A stretch of 61,359 bases of DNA, the filler included, from Sphacelaria rigidula (lineage: Eukaryota): the NCBI GenBank assembly GCA_964200075.2. It is 9 parts of 9 records of this genome, joined end to end, with 100 filler letters (N's around TTAATTAATTAA, not from the genome) between each part and the next. Parts side by side here need not be neighbours in the genome. Positions count along the whole stretch, not along the records: positions 34,146 to 40,874 come from CAXNAA020018386.1; positions 40,975 to 47,703 come from CAXNAA020018387.1; positions 47,804 to 54,531 come from CAXNAA020018388.1; 6 more parts are not named here. One strand, 5' to 3'. The position numbers and the translations under genes were made by a program. Each line of letters starts with the position of its first letter. Position 1 is the stretch's first letter. Below, one piece after another: positions 38,801 through 50,485 of this stretch. The notes beneath the pieces were generated by a model that had not been told where the DNA came from, ran no database searches, and saw only the letters and a list, made by a program, of their open reading frames with translations.

Positions 38801-40338
38801 TTGTGCACTACGAAGAACATCCACCTTTTTCATCTAAAGGTCCCGAGTTGGCCATCTATACCGCCGGACCGAAATCGCCATATTAGGGTAAGGTTTAGCA
38901 AGCAGCGTATCCGTAAACATGGGCTCTGGAGGCTGGTATTTACGATTAAAACGGTATATTTCGCTGCTTTGACGACCGACCGGAGTACGGTATCTCTCTC
39001 GGTGTCTTGAACGTGGATACCTCTGTGTGGCGACACCGCTACTTCTAGTTCCCGCCAATACGAGAGGCCTGCGTGTTAGAATCATTTCTTCCCCGAGTGA
39101 ACGAATACACATTTATAATATACAGCAGTACACAAGGGCAGAAACCCTCACCCCGCATTTTTTCTCAGCAACGATGACTGAAAGGGCCAGATGTGGCTGG
39201 GGTTGGGTTGCTCAAACCGGCGGGGGTCGGCATGCACAGATATTTGCGCACGAAATTTTGTTCAGCGGCAAATCTCGAAACCTCGGAGCCAAGCGAATCT
39301 GAAAAGCAGACCGGGCTCCTCTCTCTGGGGTGATGCAAAGTGTCCGAGACGTGGCGCACCTGGCTAGAGTGCACCAGTTCTTGCCTTGCAACACCTTGTC
39401 CGGCTCCTTTGTTTTGGCGACCCCATCCAGGGCAGTCCTACCCAGACGAGAGAGGAAGAGCACCCTCCATTGCCACAGTGGTCTCTGCCTTATCCAGCAA
39501 AACGGATGTCGTGAGCATGGATGGTGGCAACAGCAACGGCGAGCGCAGGATGCGTCGCTTTGCTTCGAGACATCGTGCTCGTGAGTTTTGAATACCGAAT
39601 AACCCTCGGCAAAACATGCGTCTACGGTAGCCTGTAGGTTGTACCCTTCACTACGGGAATCCCGACCGTGTCGTAGTTCGAAGTCGGACTTGTATTTCCC
39701 TCAGCGTCTTCGGGTGTCATTATATACGAAAGAACGCATCCTCGACGATAAAGCTCGTTTGTAGGAACGATTATCAGAGTACGGGGCATCGTACGGTCGA
39801 GCTACAATCAGTTACAGGTTTTCTACAAAGTTACATTCGCGATCGCGTTGCCAATTAAATCCGACGATAGCGGTATGGTATCCAAAGCCGTTTACCTCCA
39901 CCCTACCACCCCCGACCACAGTAGCTGTCTTCGAGCTCACTGAGAAAACATTCTTGAGGACAACACCATCGCGCGGGTCTATGATTGGGGTAGAGGTGTG
40001 ATTGGGACTGACTGCCCCGGGGGAAAAGATTTCCCGCATGAGCGGAATGCTAAATCGTGATGAGAATCGAACTACTGGACAATAAGGTTTCGGAGGCCAA
40101 CTCAGCTTTCCCCCGAGTTGCGTCGGTGGCGCTTGACTCATGCAAACACAGAGGATGAAAACATGATACGCCGTCGTCAACGATTGCGTCCTGACGGTGT
40201 GGTCAACAGCAGTCTACACTTGTGCGTCCACCCGACCTGAAACTCTGGTGGCACGCACTGAAAGGCGTCGGAAACAGCGGCCAGTCCTTCCTTCCACGCC
40301 AATCGATCGGCATAGCACTCGAACAGCAGCACGTAAAG
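35830..40338 (-). CDS. CFAP46: Cilia- and flagella-associated protein 46 (TTC40)-like, seven internal exons
   Basis: Phase-compatible exons 40338-40237 (LYVLLFECYADRLAWKEGLAAVSDAFQCVPPEFQ), 39484-39360 (RPLWQWRVLFLSRLG...VLQGKNWCTLAR), 38695-38630 (TSSDPKQQLSAYLKALESLGDR), 38351-38231 (FERVDCLLEMGEWM...LRSALDLLYDVEEK), 38037-37931, 37552-37492 and 35982-35830 (...LDIGHLGTAVRILAMVAR...DLLMQ). Motif order matches my recollection of CFAP46 (LY.LLF...AD...W..GL....A; W..LA; Y..A...L; V.YL.E.G.W). Not database-verified. Confidence 0.75.
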
Positions 40339-41035
40339 CTAAGGACAATCAAGTTCCGACATTCACACGGTATCAGGTGGGGGCAAGAGGAGGGTTCATC
40401 ATCAGCCGTGCAAAAGATGGTTCCCACAAAGTACGAATGCATCGTACGGTATTTCTCACATGCATGTGAGTATATAAATATCTCTCTAGTTCTGAGGTAG
40501 CCCCTGCTGTCAGTACCTCATGACTCCGTCTTGATAAGAGATACCAAAGCACGTGCTGATCAGAAACTGGGAACTCTGCCACATATCCAGGTTGACCGTC
40601 AACAATGCACTCGCCGACTTGTTTAGCGGTATTATGTGTCACGTCTCAGCAAGCACGAGTGCAAATACAACCCGCCTCACGCTGCACGCACATTGTTAAC
40701 ATGCTTACAAGCCGGGACATCAGATAACGCTGTCACCGTGAGACATTTACCGGCGATCAACCATGTATTGGGCAGTCGAGAGGCAGTCATCGCGCTATAG
40801 CTTTCGACTCCCCCCCTGGTCCGGCGAGAACCCGGCGTGCTCCGTCCCGACTTTGTATGGGCGGACCCCCGATGNNNNNNNNNNNNNNNNNNNNNNNNNN
40901 NNNNNNNNNNNNNNNNNNTTAATTAATTAANNNNNNNNNNNNNNNNNNNNNNNNNNNNNNNNNNNNNNNNNNNNAAAATCCCAAAACCCATGGGTTTTAG
41001 ATTGTGGCCCAAACGGGAAAAACCCTCACAACCCT

Positions 41036-41076
<41 letters not shown>

Positions 41077-41616
41077 TTCAGCCTGGTCCGGCGAGAACCC
41101 GGGGTGCTCCGTCCCGGCTTTGTAGGGGCGGGGCCCCCGATGGGGTTGGCGTCGGTTGGCAACGACGCTGTAGAACACGCCACTCACTGCGTAAGCTAGG
41201 CAACCAGGTTACCATTTGTTTTGCGCACTCGCGTTTTTTTGCGGTGACCATGATGGCATCCGAGCTAGATGATGGCAGTCGAGCTAGATCACGTTGTGCG
41301 GTGTGGAAGAACCTCAACTCCGCACAATGGGGATGGTCGTACTACGTAGTGTTCGAACGGGGAGACACCCATGAGGCAGTGTGTAAGCCGTGCCTCTCTC
41401 TGGAGGTGGCAATGCCAGAAAAAGAAGCAACTTATTGTAGGCTGTCATCTAAATGCAAGGTAATCAGTAGGCTTCAGGCCGAACATTCTTAGCGCGATAC
41501 AGCTCACCCTTCATGCAACTCGCCGAACACTCCACGGCGCTTCGCGCTTGGTGATTGATTGCGAGCTTGATCCGGCGAAAACCCGGCGTGCTCCATCCCG
41601 GCTTTGTAGGGATGCG
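41077..41616 (+). mobile_element. Unclassified ~550-600 bp non-autonomous element with ~40-bp near-terminal direct repeats; copies at 57110-57679 (+), 55522-56030 (-), partial at 6655-6729 (-) and 40811-40874 (+)
   Basis: ccggcg.gaacccggcgtgctccgtcccggctttgtaggg occurs near both ends, and the interiors are colinear among copies. Confidence 0.75.
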
Positions 41617-41820
41617 TGGTTGCGTTGGTACTCCCGGCGCTCAAGTGAGGCTTTGGAGTTTGGGGCGTTCGCGTCGCGCGCGGGGGATGATGGAGGTGCG
41701 TGTGTGTTGTGCGTGTTGAATACTCCAGCGAATGCATGTCATACTCCACTATGTGTTCGTTTGTTGGCATACTCCAATGTGTTCAGCGAGGGCACTTACT
41801 GCTGCCGCATTCCTGTCGTC

Positions 41821-42108
41821 TAGCTGGTATACGAATACGGGCGAGTCGAGGGATACGGATATGAATACGGATACGGATACGGATACGGATGCGGGTGCGG
41901 ATACGGATACGGACACGGACACGAACGAATACGGACACGGATACGAATACGGATACGGATACGAATACGGATACGGATACGAATACGGATACGGATACGA
42001 ATACGGACACGGATACGAATACGGACACGGATACGAATACGGATACGTATACTGATACGGACACGTATGCTGATACGGATACGGATACGAACACAAATAC
42101 GGATACGG
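41821..42108. repeat. (ACGGAT/ACGAAT)n hexamer array, possibly the subterminal repeat of a DNA transposon end starting TAGCTGGTATAC
   Basis: About 40 degenerate hexamer units; no matching opposite end was seen. Confidence 0.8.
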
Positions 42109-42836
42109 TGGTTGGTAGTGGTATTTTTTAACCCTTTTGCAACCGTTGATAGAAAAATGACGAATCACAGTTGACGTTTTCTTGGGCAAGATTTGGTTGT
42201 TTTTCTGCAACTGTCGATGATACAGTCCACCAAAACGGTTCACCAATCTAAGTTCAAGTATACTCATGTGACAAATTCGTGCACCGAACTCGAAGTGACG
42301 TTTTTCTGGTGACGAAAGCTCGCATATGGGAGTTTGTACTGTTTATTGCGAGTTCCAAGAGGATTAAGTGCAGATTCTGGTTTCTCCGTCGTCAAAAAAC
42401 GTCAGTACCTGGTGGGCGAGTACGCAAAAAAATGTTCGATTATGTGTTTGAAAATAATCGAGCTCTTGTGCAGAAGCGGACAAGAATTTTCCAGATCTGG
42501 ATTGCGCTTGAAGTATCTTGAAGCCATTTTGGAACAGACGTGCTGTGACTGCGTACATGAGTCCGTTGAGGGTCTCAGTGTGTAGGAAGCAGCCGAGATA
42601 CAAGGGCAAGTGCAAGCACGACTAAGCGACAGTAGTGGGGTGTGGAGTAAGCTCGAGGTGTGCGAGTTACGGGATACGGGCGTCGTGACCATCAGCGAGT
42701 AACAACATCTCGAATCGCTGCCGTAGCTCGTGCGTCCCGAGTGTTCTCTGAAGGTTTTCATCTGCAGCTACACCTCACGGCTCGAGTGTTTTCTGAAGGT
42801 TTTCATTTGCAGTTACACCTCACGGCTCTGACCGAC

Positions 42837-44152
42837 ATGGCGTCGTCAGGAGGAGCTTCGGCGGGGGCGGGCGGCAATGGTAAACTAAAGGCCGCGGCGC
42901 CCGCTTCCGCGCCCGCCTCCCAGACGAGGTCGTCCTCTACCAGGTCTGTGACACACAGCGGGGATACACACAGTGACGACCCTGCGTCGGGGTGGCTCGC
43001 TCTCGACGGTGAGACGGCGGTAGGATTGCCACGGGCTACGATCCAACAGATTGGTACCTTGGACAGCCAGGTGGGCGACGTCGCCGAAAATATGGGCCGC
43101 GTTAGCGACCGCGTGGACACCATCGCCAACAACCTTGAGGGCACCAAGACGAGCGTGGAGGGTTTGGGGTCTATAATAACCTCGATTACAGACGAGGTTC
43201 GTCAGTTGAGGGAGGTGGTCCAACAGTTAGTTGCATCAGGGCCGGGACCCGTAGCCAGCCGCCCCGATAATAGTAAATTTTCCCACGCGGCGGTCAGGGG
43301 TCCTGTCACAGAGGCGGCTAGGCCGCTTACTACCGTCGCTGGCGATGTTTCCCTGAGGTCACCGACCCGTCCAGCGGTGGTGTGGCCAAGTACGCCAGGG
43401 GTACACGCTGAGCCGCGTGGGGAATGGGCAGAGGCTGACTGGGGTTCACGCACCTTCCACCTTGGTGCAACGGCAACACAACCCGCGCCCCCCGTTGCTC
43501 GATGGGACAACACCGACCTGCAGACCGCAAACCCTGCCGGTTCGGGATCCGTGGGTGGAGGCGGGGCGTGGACCAACGTGCAGCCGTGCACAGCAGCCAG
43601 CGGTAAACCAGGCTGCAGCTTGGACTAAGGTGGAGCAACGACGAAAGTACGAGGTGCGGGATTGTGTGCAGCTTTGGCAGGACGCCGCGTCACGTAAGTA
43701 GTGGCTCCTCACCGGTAGACTGCCAGCAGTCATTAGGTCCACCTGAGCTGCAGGGGGTCCTCGGTGCCATGATACATGTCTCTTCGAAGGTGGCGAGCAT
43801 GTTCCGCACTCTCTCCTTACTCGACGTTGCAGTAATCATGCCGCGCGATGCTGCGGGTTATAGTTCGAACGACAAGATATCCCTGCCGGATCGTTTGGGT
43901 CTGATGGGTGAAGCCTTCGGGCTGGGTGCTGGCCTGGGAGCGCCGTCCGGTGCAGAAGATGCGATGTGTACCGGCCGGGCGGAGGCGCTTACGGCGGCTT
44001 TTGCGAAGATGACCTCCGAGTTTCGGTCGTACACCAACGCCCACCCCGATATGATGACACAGCGCGTGTGTTCCGATACCACGACCCTCATCATCAACTC
44101 TGACCTTGACATGAATTTGATGAGAGACGACGCCGTGAGCGGGGTTTGCTGA
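42837..44152 (+). pseudogene. Intronless, frameshifted ORF with a coiled coil, probably a retroelement gag/ORF1
   Basis: ATG at 42837, low-complexity N-terminus and heptad region (IGTLDSQVGDVAENMGRVSDRVDTIANNLEG...VRQLREVVQQL). It continues in shifted frames (43417-43701, 43664-44152) and is preceded by a TGTAG...CTACA segment and a 45-bp tandem duplication (42738-42827). Confidence 0.45.
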
Positions 44153-45239
44153 TTCATCCCAAACCAATCCAATCCGTGGTAGCAGCATATCCGGCAGGGG
44201 TACCGGGAGAGAGACGGATGAGTGGATTGATCCCTTTAGACCACGGACGTGTCCCGCAAAAAGGGTGGGGCGGGGGGGGGGAAGAGTATGGCACAAGCAG
44301 TTTGCGTACAACCCGAGGAAGACAAGAAATTGAAGCCTCTTCAACCCTTTTCTTGCAAAATTTGAAGACACTGGTGGGTGATGATGAATCAAACAACGGC
44401 AGGTCCGACCTTTTTTCTCTCAGTCTCTCAATTCATTCGTCATACTTTCAATCCCTCCTCTACCCCGGGACGAATCTGTAGTCTCCACACCCTGGAGGAT
44501 AATGACAGTATACGAAGTATTACATTGTCAAAAAGTGTACTGCGTACAGTATCGGCTATTGCGTCTGTTGCAATAGATAACAGATGCCATCCTGTATGCG
44601 GTACACTTACTTGTTGACAATGTTGTCCGTTATCCAGGGTGTGGTAGTCTCAGGAGGTTACATCCATCCATCCATGTAGTGTATGTCGCATTTTGGACCA
44701 GGACTCCTGCACCCGGTGTCGTCGGCAAGTTTTTTTGCTGGTCACGTCCTCACCCTTTCACTGACAGAAACCAGATTGTTGTCGGTAAAAATAAATGACA
44801 ACATATATATCGGTATTTTGAATACGTAACATTTCGCCTAAACTGGGTGTTGATGTGGGTACCGTTTGCAATTAAGACCACTGCGGTGCGGCGGCATGCG
44901 CTTGTATTTAGTTAGCGCTGAGCCCAGACCGAACCGAGACACTGGCAACACAGTGATTTCGTGAGATTGAGAGTAGAGGGGATACGATTGAGAGTAAGAA
45001 GCGGTCGATTCCGATTGAATGATTCCGAAGTGCCTCTCCACGAGGCCCGATACGCTTTCTTTTGTAGCTTGCCACTGAAGCCCTTGATACAATTGAGTAG
45101 GATATCGACGTCTAGCTGTAAGCACATACCCATGTTACAGGCAAAAAGAACACGCACAGAATTTAAAATTGGTCACGTTAAAGTGAATGATAATATCGAC
45201 TCTCAACCACCGCTGTACTCTCAACCTCACGAAAACAGT

Positions 45240-45445
45240 ACTTGGCGTACCCCCGCAGCAAATAGCCACACCAGAAACGGCACGTAGGTCCTCCGCCTCA
45301 TGGGCGTAGTCCGGATCTCCTTCCGTATCCACGTCAAACTTCAACTGACTAGAGCCCAGATCGCAACCCCTCTTGAGAACTACACGTAAATCCGACGTAG
45401 TACAGCATCTAGGTACTCGAGCGTCTTCCGGGGTTCAGCGGCTGG
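45240..45445 (-). mobile_element. Highly degenerate copia RT-end/RNase H fragment
   Basis: RKTLEYLD and DPDYAHEAEDLRAVSGVAICCGGT resemble the copia motif DADYA...DRRSVSG. Confidence 0.6.
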
Positions 45446-45568
45446 GAGTCCCTCCACACTAAAAAAACATTGATTGATTGATTGATTGATTGATTGTCGT
45501 ACTACTTTCACTGATCCCCGAGCGATCCGACCAGGGTCATGATTCATACGATAGATATACGAGCAGGG

Positions 45569-47140
45569 TAGGCTTTTGCTTTTTATGCCCATTTTTTATT
45601 CTTATTTTTGCGTTTCATTTAACTCTTTTTCATGCTCAAAGGTGAAAATTATGCGCCGATTCATGCGTATTTCGGTGAAATATTCGCGACTTACGCGCCT
45701 TTTTCGCGTCCTTCTTGAGGCGGTTCCTGGAGGTACCCGATATGGAACGTACCTTCCAGCGTTTATCATGAAAAAACGCACATAAAAAGCAAAATCCTAT
45801 GTCTGATGTGAAATATGACACATATATTTTCTATCAGTTTCACGTAAACATGAAGTAATTTACATACAGCACAAAAACCGATATCAGACCCGCGACAAAG
45901 CTAAAAGAACTCCCTACGAACACAAACGTTACGACTCGACGAGCCACGCCACATGGAGCACCCGTGGGCAGCTACTAGCTGCTGGGCATGCGTAAACTTG
46001 GCCTTTATGCCTTTCTTATGCTGAAATCTCCGAAAACATATGTTGAAGAAAAAACGCATAAGGTTATGCGCAAAACCCCGTTTTATGCAAAAATAACTTC
46101 CTCTGTCCCATAAGTAAAGTCCGTTATGGGGGAAATATCGTTTATCGCCAATGGAGTTGCCCACGACGCTATGGTTAGATTTTTTGAAAAGCTATTGACA
46201 TGGTGATGCCCGTTGAACAAAAAAACAAAAATCTGAATCGAAATTACTGAGAATTAGTGGGTCAAAAAGTGGGCATTTTGGCGGGAATTTGAGATTTTTT
46301 GAGATTTGTTTTTGAGAATTATATTGAAAATTTCTGCTTTTCTGGGCAATTGAACGCCCATTACCCCCACAACCACGATGGAGACCCCCCCCAAACGTAC
46401 GCGGGGCGCAGATGTGTCGTTGGGCCGCCGGTATGCAATGGCGGTGGAGATAGCGATGGCCATTTCCCCAGAAAATTCGAGGTTGCCCAAGGGCGTTCTA
46501 GGCCCCATGGCAGAGCTAGTCACGCAGCCTGCACAGTCGCCTGACTTGAACGTCAACGACTTGGGCTTCTTCGCATCTCTTAAGTCGAGGGTATGGGGGA
46601 TGAATGCAAGTTCGATAGATGAGTTGGTGGAGACTATCTTCAAGCAGTACGAGGAGTACGACGGTGATACGTTGGAGCGGGTTTGGCAGAGCCTCTTTAA
46701 GATTTACAACCAAACACTACGTGAGATGGGCGACAACGACTTTAGTGTGGAACATTCCGGGGTGAGGGTGCGGCAGAGGGCAGAAACGTTAGAAAGGGTG
46801 GTAAAATACGATACGGATGCCTTCACGAAGGCCTGGGACTACCTAGCGGCAAGCCCTAGCGACGACGAGGGCGGGTAACATTAAAAAAAAAAACTTTTTT
46901 GCCCCTGCAAAAGGGTCTAAATATGGCCTTTTTTGGGCCGACTACTTTTTTTTCGGACGGTCGCGTGAGCCGGGGAGTGCGTAGAAAAACAAAACAGAAA
47001 CGGGGTTCAACCCAAAAAACATCAAAGATTTCAAAAAAATTATCGTCTGTGACATCGGACACGGCTAAAGGTCCGTGTGATCATAAAGGACTTCACTTAC
47101 GGGACAGAGGAATTATGCGCGCATAAAAAGCAAAAACCTA
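45569..47140. mobile_element. Non-autonomous hAT-type element with perfect 8-bp target-site duplication
   Basis: TIRs TAGGCTTTTGCTTTTTATGC / GCATAAAAAGCAAAAACCTA. GAGCAGGG lies at 45561-45568 and 47141-47148. There is an extra internal TIR copy ending at 45799. Confidence 0.85.
46097..47113 (+). mobile_element. Internally deleted mariner (DD39D/plant-mariner-like) element nested in the hAT element; ORF 46378-46878
   Basis: TIRs CTTCCTCTGTCCCATAAGTAAAGTCC / GGACTTCACTTACGGGACAGAGGAAT|TA resemble Stowaway-type CTCCCTCCGTCCC. The ORF contains QPAQSPDLNVNDLGFFASLKS but lacks the upstream catalytic aspartates. Confidence 0.85.
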
Positions 47141-47339
47141 GAGCAGGGCCGCCCAAGATGCGAACAGGAATGTTGACACGGGAATCCTGAGCTTAATTTT
47201 GATTTGTTTTCGATGAGTTTTTGGCATGATATACGGGACGTATAAGCAAAGACCCCGCCTTACCCTCCATGTTGTTTTTGTCCTTTTTTCGTGAGTTATT
47301 GGCGTTTTTTTTCGAAACAATGTTCTGAAATATTTCGTC

Positions 47340-47432
47340 CCCGATAGCTCACATGCTCCGTCTCGAAAGGGATGCGTGGTCAATGGTCAAACGACTAAGG
47401 CAAGCAACAAATGAGTACGCCCCCCCCCCCCG
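47340..47432 (+). repeat. Short (~80 bp) C-run-flanked repeat; copies at 57017-57106 (+) and 34146-34220 (-)
   Basis: gctccgtctcgaaag.gatgcg...atggtc.aacgactaag.caagcaaca.atgagtac followed by a C-run. Confidence 0.8.
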
Positions 47433-48503
47433 ATAGCTCACGAAGGAGAAAAAACAAATACGGGGGCGCAAGGATAAGTCTTCGCACATATGTCCTGTAC
47501 ATCATGTCGAAATTTCATTGAAACAACTCAACCTTAAGCTCAGGAATCGCAACATTTTGTCGAAAACCGGTTCCTATGGTATGTGGAGATGGACCTGCCA
47601 CGAATAATTCAAACGCAAGTATATCGGACACTTTCTACGATAGACCCCCCCAAAACCAGCTAAAAGTGTCACGAAAAAAATGACCATACAGCGCCTGATG
47701 TTCNNNNNNNNNNNNNNNNNNNNNNNNNNNNNNNNNNNNNNNNNNNNTTAATTAATTAANNNNNNNNNNNNNNNNNNNNNNNNNNNNNNNNNNNNNNNNN
47801 NNNTTTTGTGTTTTTGTACAAAAAATCTGAGAGTTATCTTCGATTCGTTATTTCAGGTAGCTCATGAGCTGTCCGACGTGTGGAATAAAGCTAATGGGAT
47901 ACCACATTTGACGGAGAGGGAAATAAATTTTCGTTAGACTCTGATCCTGAGCTATTTACAATCTGAAATGACAAAAAAGGCTTTTCCGAAACTCTCCGAT
48001 GCCGTACAGTTAACACGCAGTGGAGGAACATCGGCAGGACTAAACGAAAAATCAGAGAGAAATTGGAGGCAAGGTGGTTTATACATATCGTCGCCGTCTT
48101 TTGTCTGATCTGCACGCGCGTTCATGCCTGCATACCCGGCAGACAACCGTTGATATCTGAACTGGCTTTACTGTCTGTTGTACATAACACGTGGTGGACA
48201 GCATGCGCACAGTGGCGGTTACATGACAGCAATCGTGCTTCGGAGGCGCAACGCTGGGTATTCTTCACGACTGGGTGACGCGTGTCAATCGAACAAACAT
48301 GAGCACCACCTGGCACGTCGATGGCCCCAAGCACTGGAGCGTAAGAGGCGGTTGCCGCTTCTCTTCTTTTCTCTTCTACTATCCCAGCGGTCCGCCGCGT
48401 GGCAGCGCAAAAGGGAATATCCATACGGGTACAGTACACACAACCTGTTCGCCTACCCATTGACAGTGGTCGGCTGCTGCAGAACAGACTTGACTTTTGT
48501 AGT

Positions 48504-48507
<4 letters not shown>

Positions 48508-48573
<66 letters not shown>
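48508..48573. repeat. (GT)n microsatellite
   Basis: About 33 GT units. Confidence 0.97.
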
Positions 48574-48583
<10 letters not shown>

Positions 48584-49459
48584 TTGTTTGTGTACGCTTT
48601 ACACCCCACAGGCTTCTCTCGACAGATTTGAAGTTACACCAGGCGAGGTCTAAGAACAAAAGTTCAACTGAGCGAAACAGACCGTCCGGTCACGTCAGCG
48701 TTGAACTGGATTATCCTGTGGATGTACTGCTCCTGTCACTTCGGCAAACAACGAGTTGTGCAAGAAAACACACACTTGCAGTTTCATGTTTTTACATAAC
48801 CACCTCCTGAGGTACATCAACATGCTGATTGTTCCTCGTCTCCTCTCCCTTCCCCGAGCACTGTCCGTGCTAAAGCGCTCGCATTTCCATATCTCCGGTA
48901 TAATTGCGAAGAAAAAAGAAACGCCTGCATGTGCATCACTCCGCTCCTACCGCACAGTCAACAAGAGTGACTACAGCACAGTATGTACAGTACAGTACAG
49001 TAGCACACAGTACGGTACAGTACAGTACAGCCCTGTACTGTCTTCGTGTATTGATGTTCTCACAGTCGTGGCCAACCATCAATCCAACAATAGACTACCA
49101 CTGCTGAAGGATAGACAATGCGAGTATAAGTGTAAATACGATCTCTCCCTCAGGTATGTGCAGCAGACAGCGCGTCGCGTCCGTCCTCGGTAGAGAAAAT
49201 GATTGCTTCAAGGAACGAAGAACCGAAAGGAAGACAGACTGGGGTAACAGTACATACCCCCCGCACGTGCAAGGCGTCGTACTACTACACTAAACCCAAG
49301 TGAATGTATATTTCCTTCTGCACCGAAACATCACCCCGATCTGTAAGCAGTCCCGCCACTGCCTCTTCATCAAAGGAAGCAGCCGAAGGCCTACCCACAA
49401 CACAGTAACTGCCGCCAACGACTACAATAAACCACCTCACATACGACAGCAAAACAAAC

Positions 49460-49696
49460 CTGCTCCTTGTCCTGCGGAAGAAGCACCGTAGCGCAGTAGC
49501 TGGCCTGATCCCAATTCGCCCTGACAAACCTCAACAATAGCGCTCCAGCCAGCGGACTATGTGTTTGGTTTGCGGAAAGCTTGGTTGCCAAAGCAGCAGC
49601 GAAACCGCGCTGGGCCGTCGCGTACGACAGTTTCTCCTCTGCCTGACGCCGTACAGCATTATCGGCTGACAGTACCCCTGCCAGTACATCGTCCAT
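49460..49696 (-). CDS. Importin-beta family protein (IBN_N domain, importin-9-like), first exon
   Basis: MDDVLAGVLSADNAVRRQAEEKL...GFAAALA...LAGALLLRFVRANW...LLPQDKEQ|gtttgt fits the L.S.D..VR.QAE..L / A...L...V..NW / DK pattern of karyopherin N-termini. Confidence 0.7.
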
Positions 49697-50236
49697 GGCA
49701 TTCTACAGTTCTCACAGCTTCACAAGTGTGTTCCTGGTTACTATCAGTGAGCATATCATTCGAGAGGCGAACATACCATTTAATTAAAGAGCGATACTTT
49801 CGTTGTTTTCCATATTGGTTTTCGTACAGAATCTTGTCATGCAGACCCAATGTTATGAGCTATTTATTCATAATCGAAGAGAATTTCAGCCCCAGATCTC
49901 CGCAAACGTTATGAAGGCGATGACTGATCAGGTAAAAAACAGTGCACTCCAGTGGAGGTGAGTCTCCCACCGTTGTTAATAGATATCCTTTGTCTCGTGT
50001 TTTTACAATTATTTATCCTCCTTTTGTATCATATTTCGGGTACAGAATCGTGCTCACAAACAGTAGTCGTGTAGTCGTGTACCCGAACAAGTTCAACAGT
50101 CCAGTCAGACATCTCCCGTGTTTTACAGCACAGTAGTTTATGCTAAACTTGTTGATCTCCTGCGTAGCTGTCCTCAAGCTAACGGCCCGATAGAGGGACG
50201 GTAGACTGCGACGGCAGCATACCGTTGCCCATAACA

Positions 50237-50485
50237 ATGGGCAGTCCTGTTCTATCCACTACGCGTGCTGGCGGCGGCATCTCGACGTACGCCACCGTTG
50301 TCGCGATGATAGTCGGCGTACAAGTCCTTCCCGGCGCTTGGTCGTTTGTCCCTCAGCTTGGTACAGCGAAATTACCATCACCCTCACCACCACAATCATC
50401 ATGGGCCCATAGTTGCTCGCGAGTGCTTCCAGCAGGGAGAATAGTCAAATGGGGCTGTCGGCATTGCAATCGGCAAGGACTAGTG
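50237..50485 (+). CDS. First exon of a probable plastid-targeted protein, product unknown
   Basis: MGSPVLS...YATVVAMIVGVQVLPGAWS-FVPQLGTAKLPSPSPPQSS...: hydrophobic signal, S|FVP motif, Ser/Pro-rich transit region, gtaagc donor at 50486. Confidence 0.55.

Noticed and set aside
41732..42267. GY/YP/TD repeat proteins in the ORF track
   Set aside because: They are translations of a hexamer DNA array that is open in several frames on both strands.
48178..48810. 210-aa ORF with VCVC repeats (and the MYVC ORFs at 58555-59053)
   Set aside because: Microsatellite translations.
1..49696. Nuclear-transport gene cluster (nucleoporin-like plus importin-like)
   Set aside because: The genes are on different size-sorted contigs, so co-occurrence is accidental.
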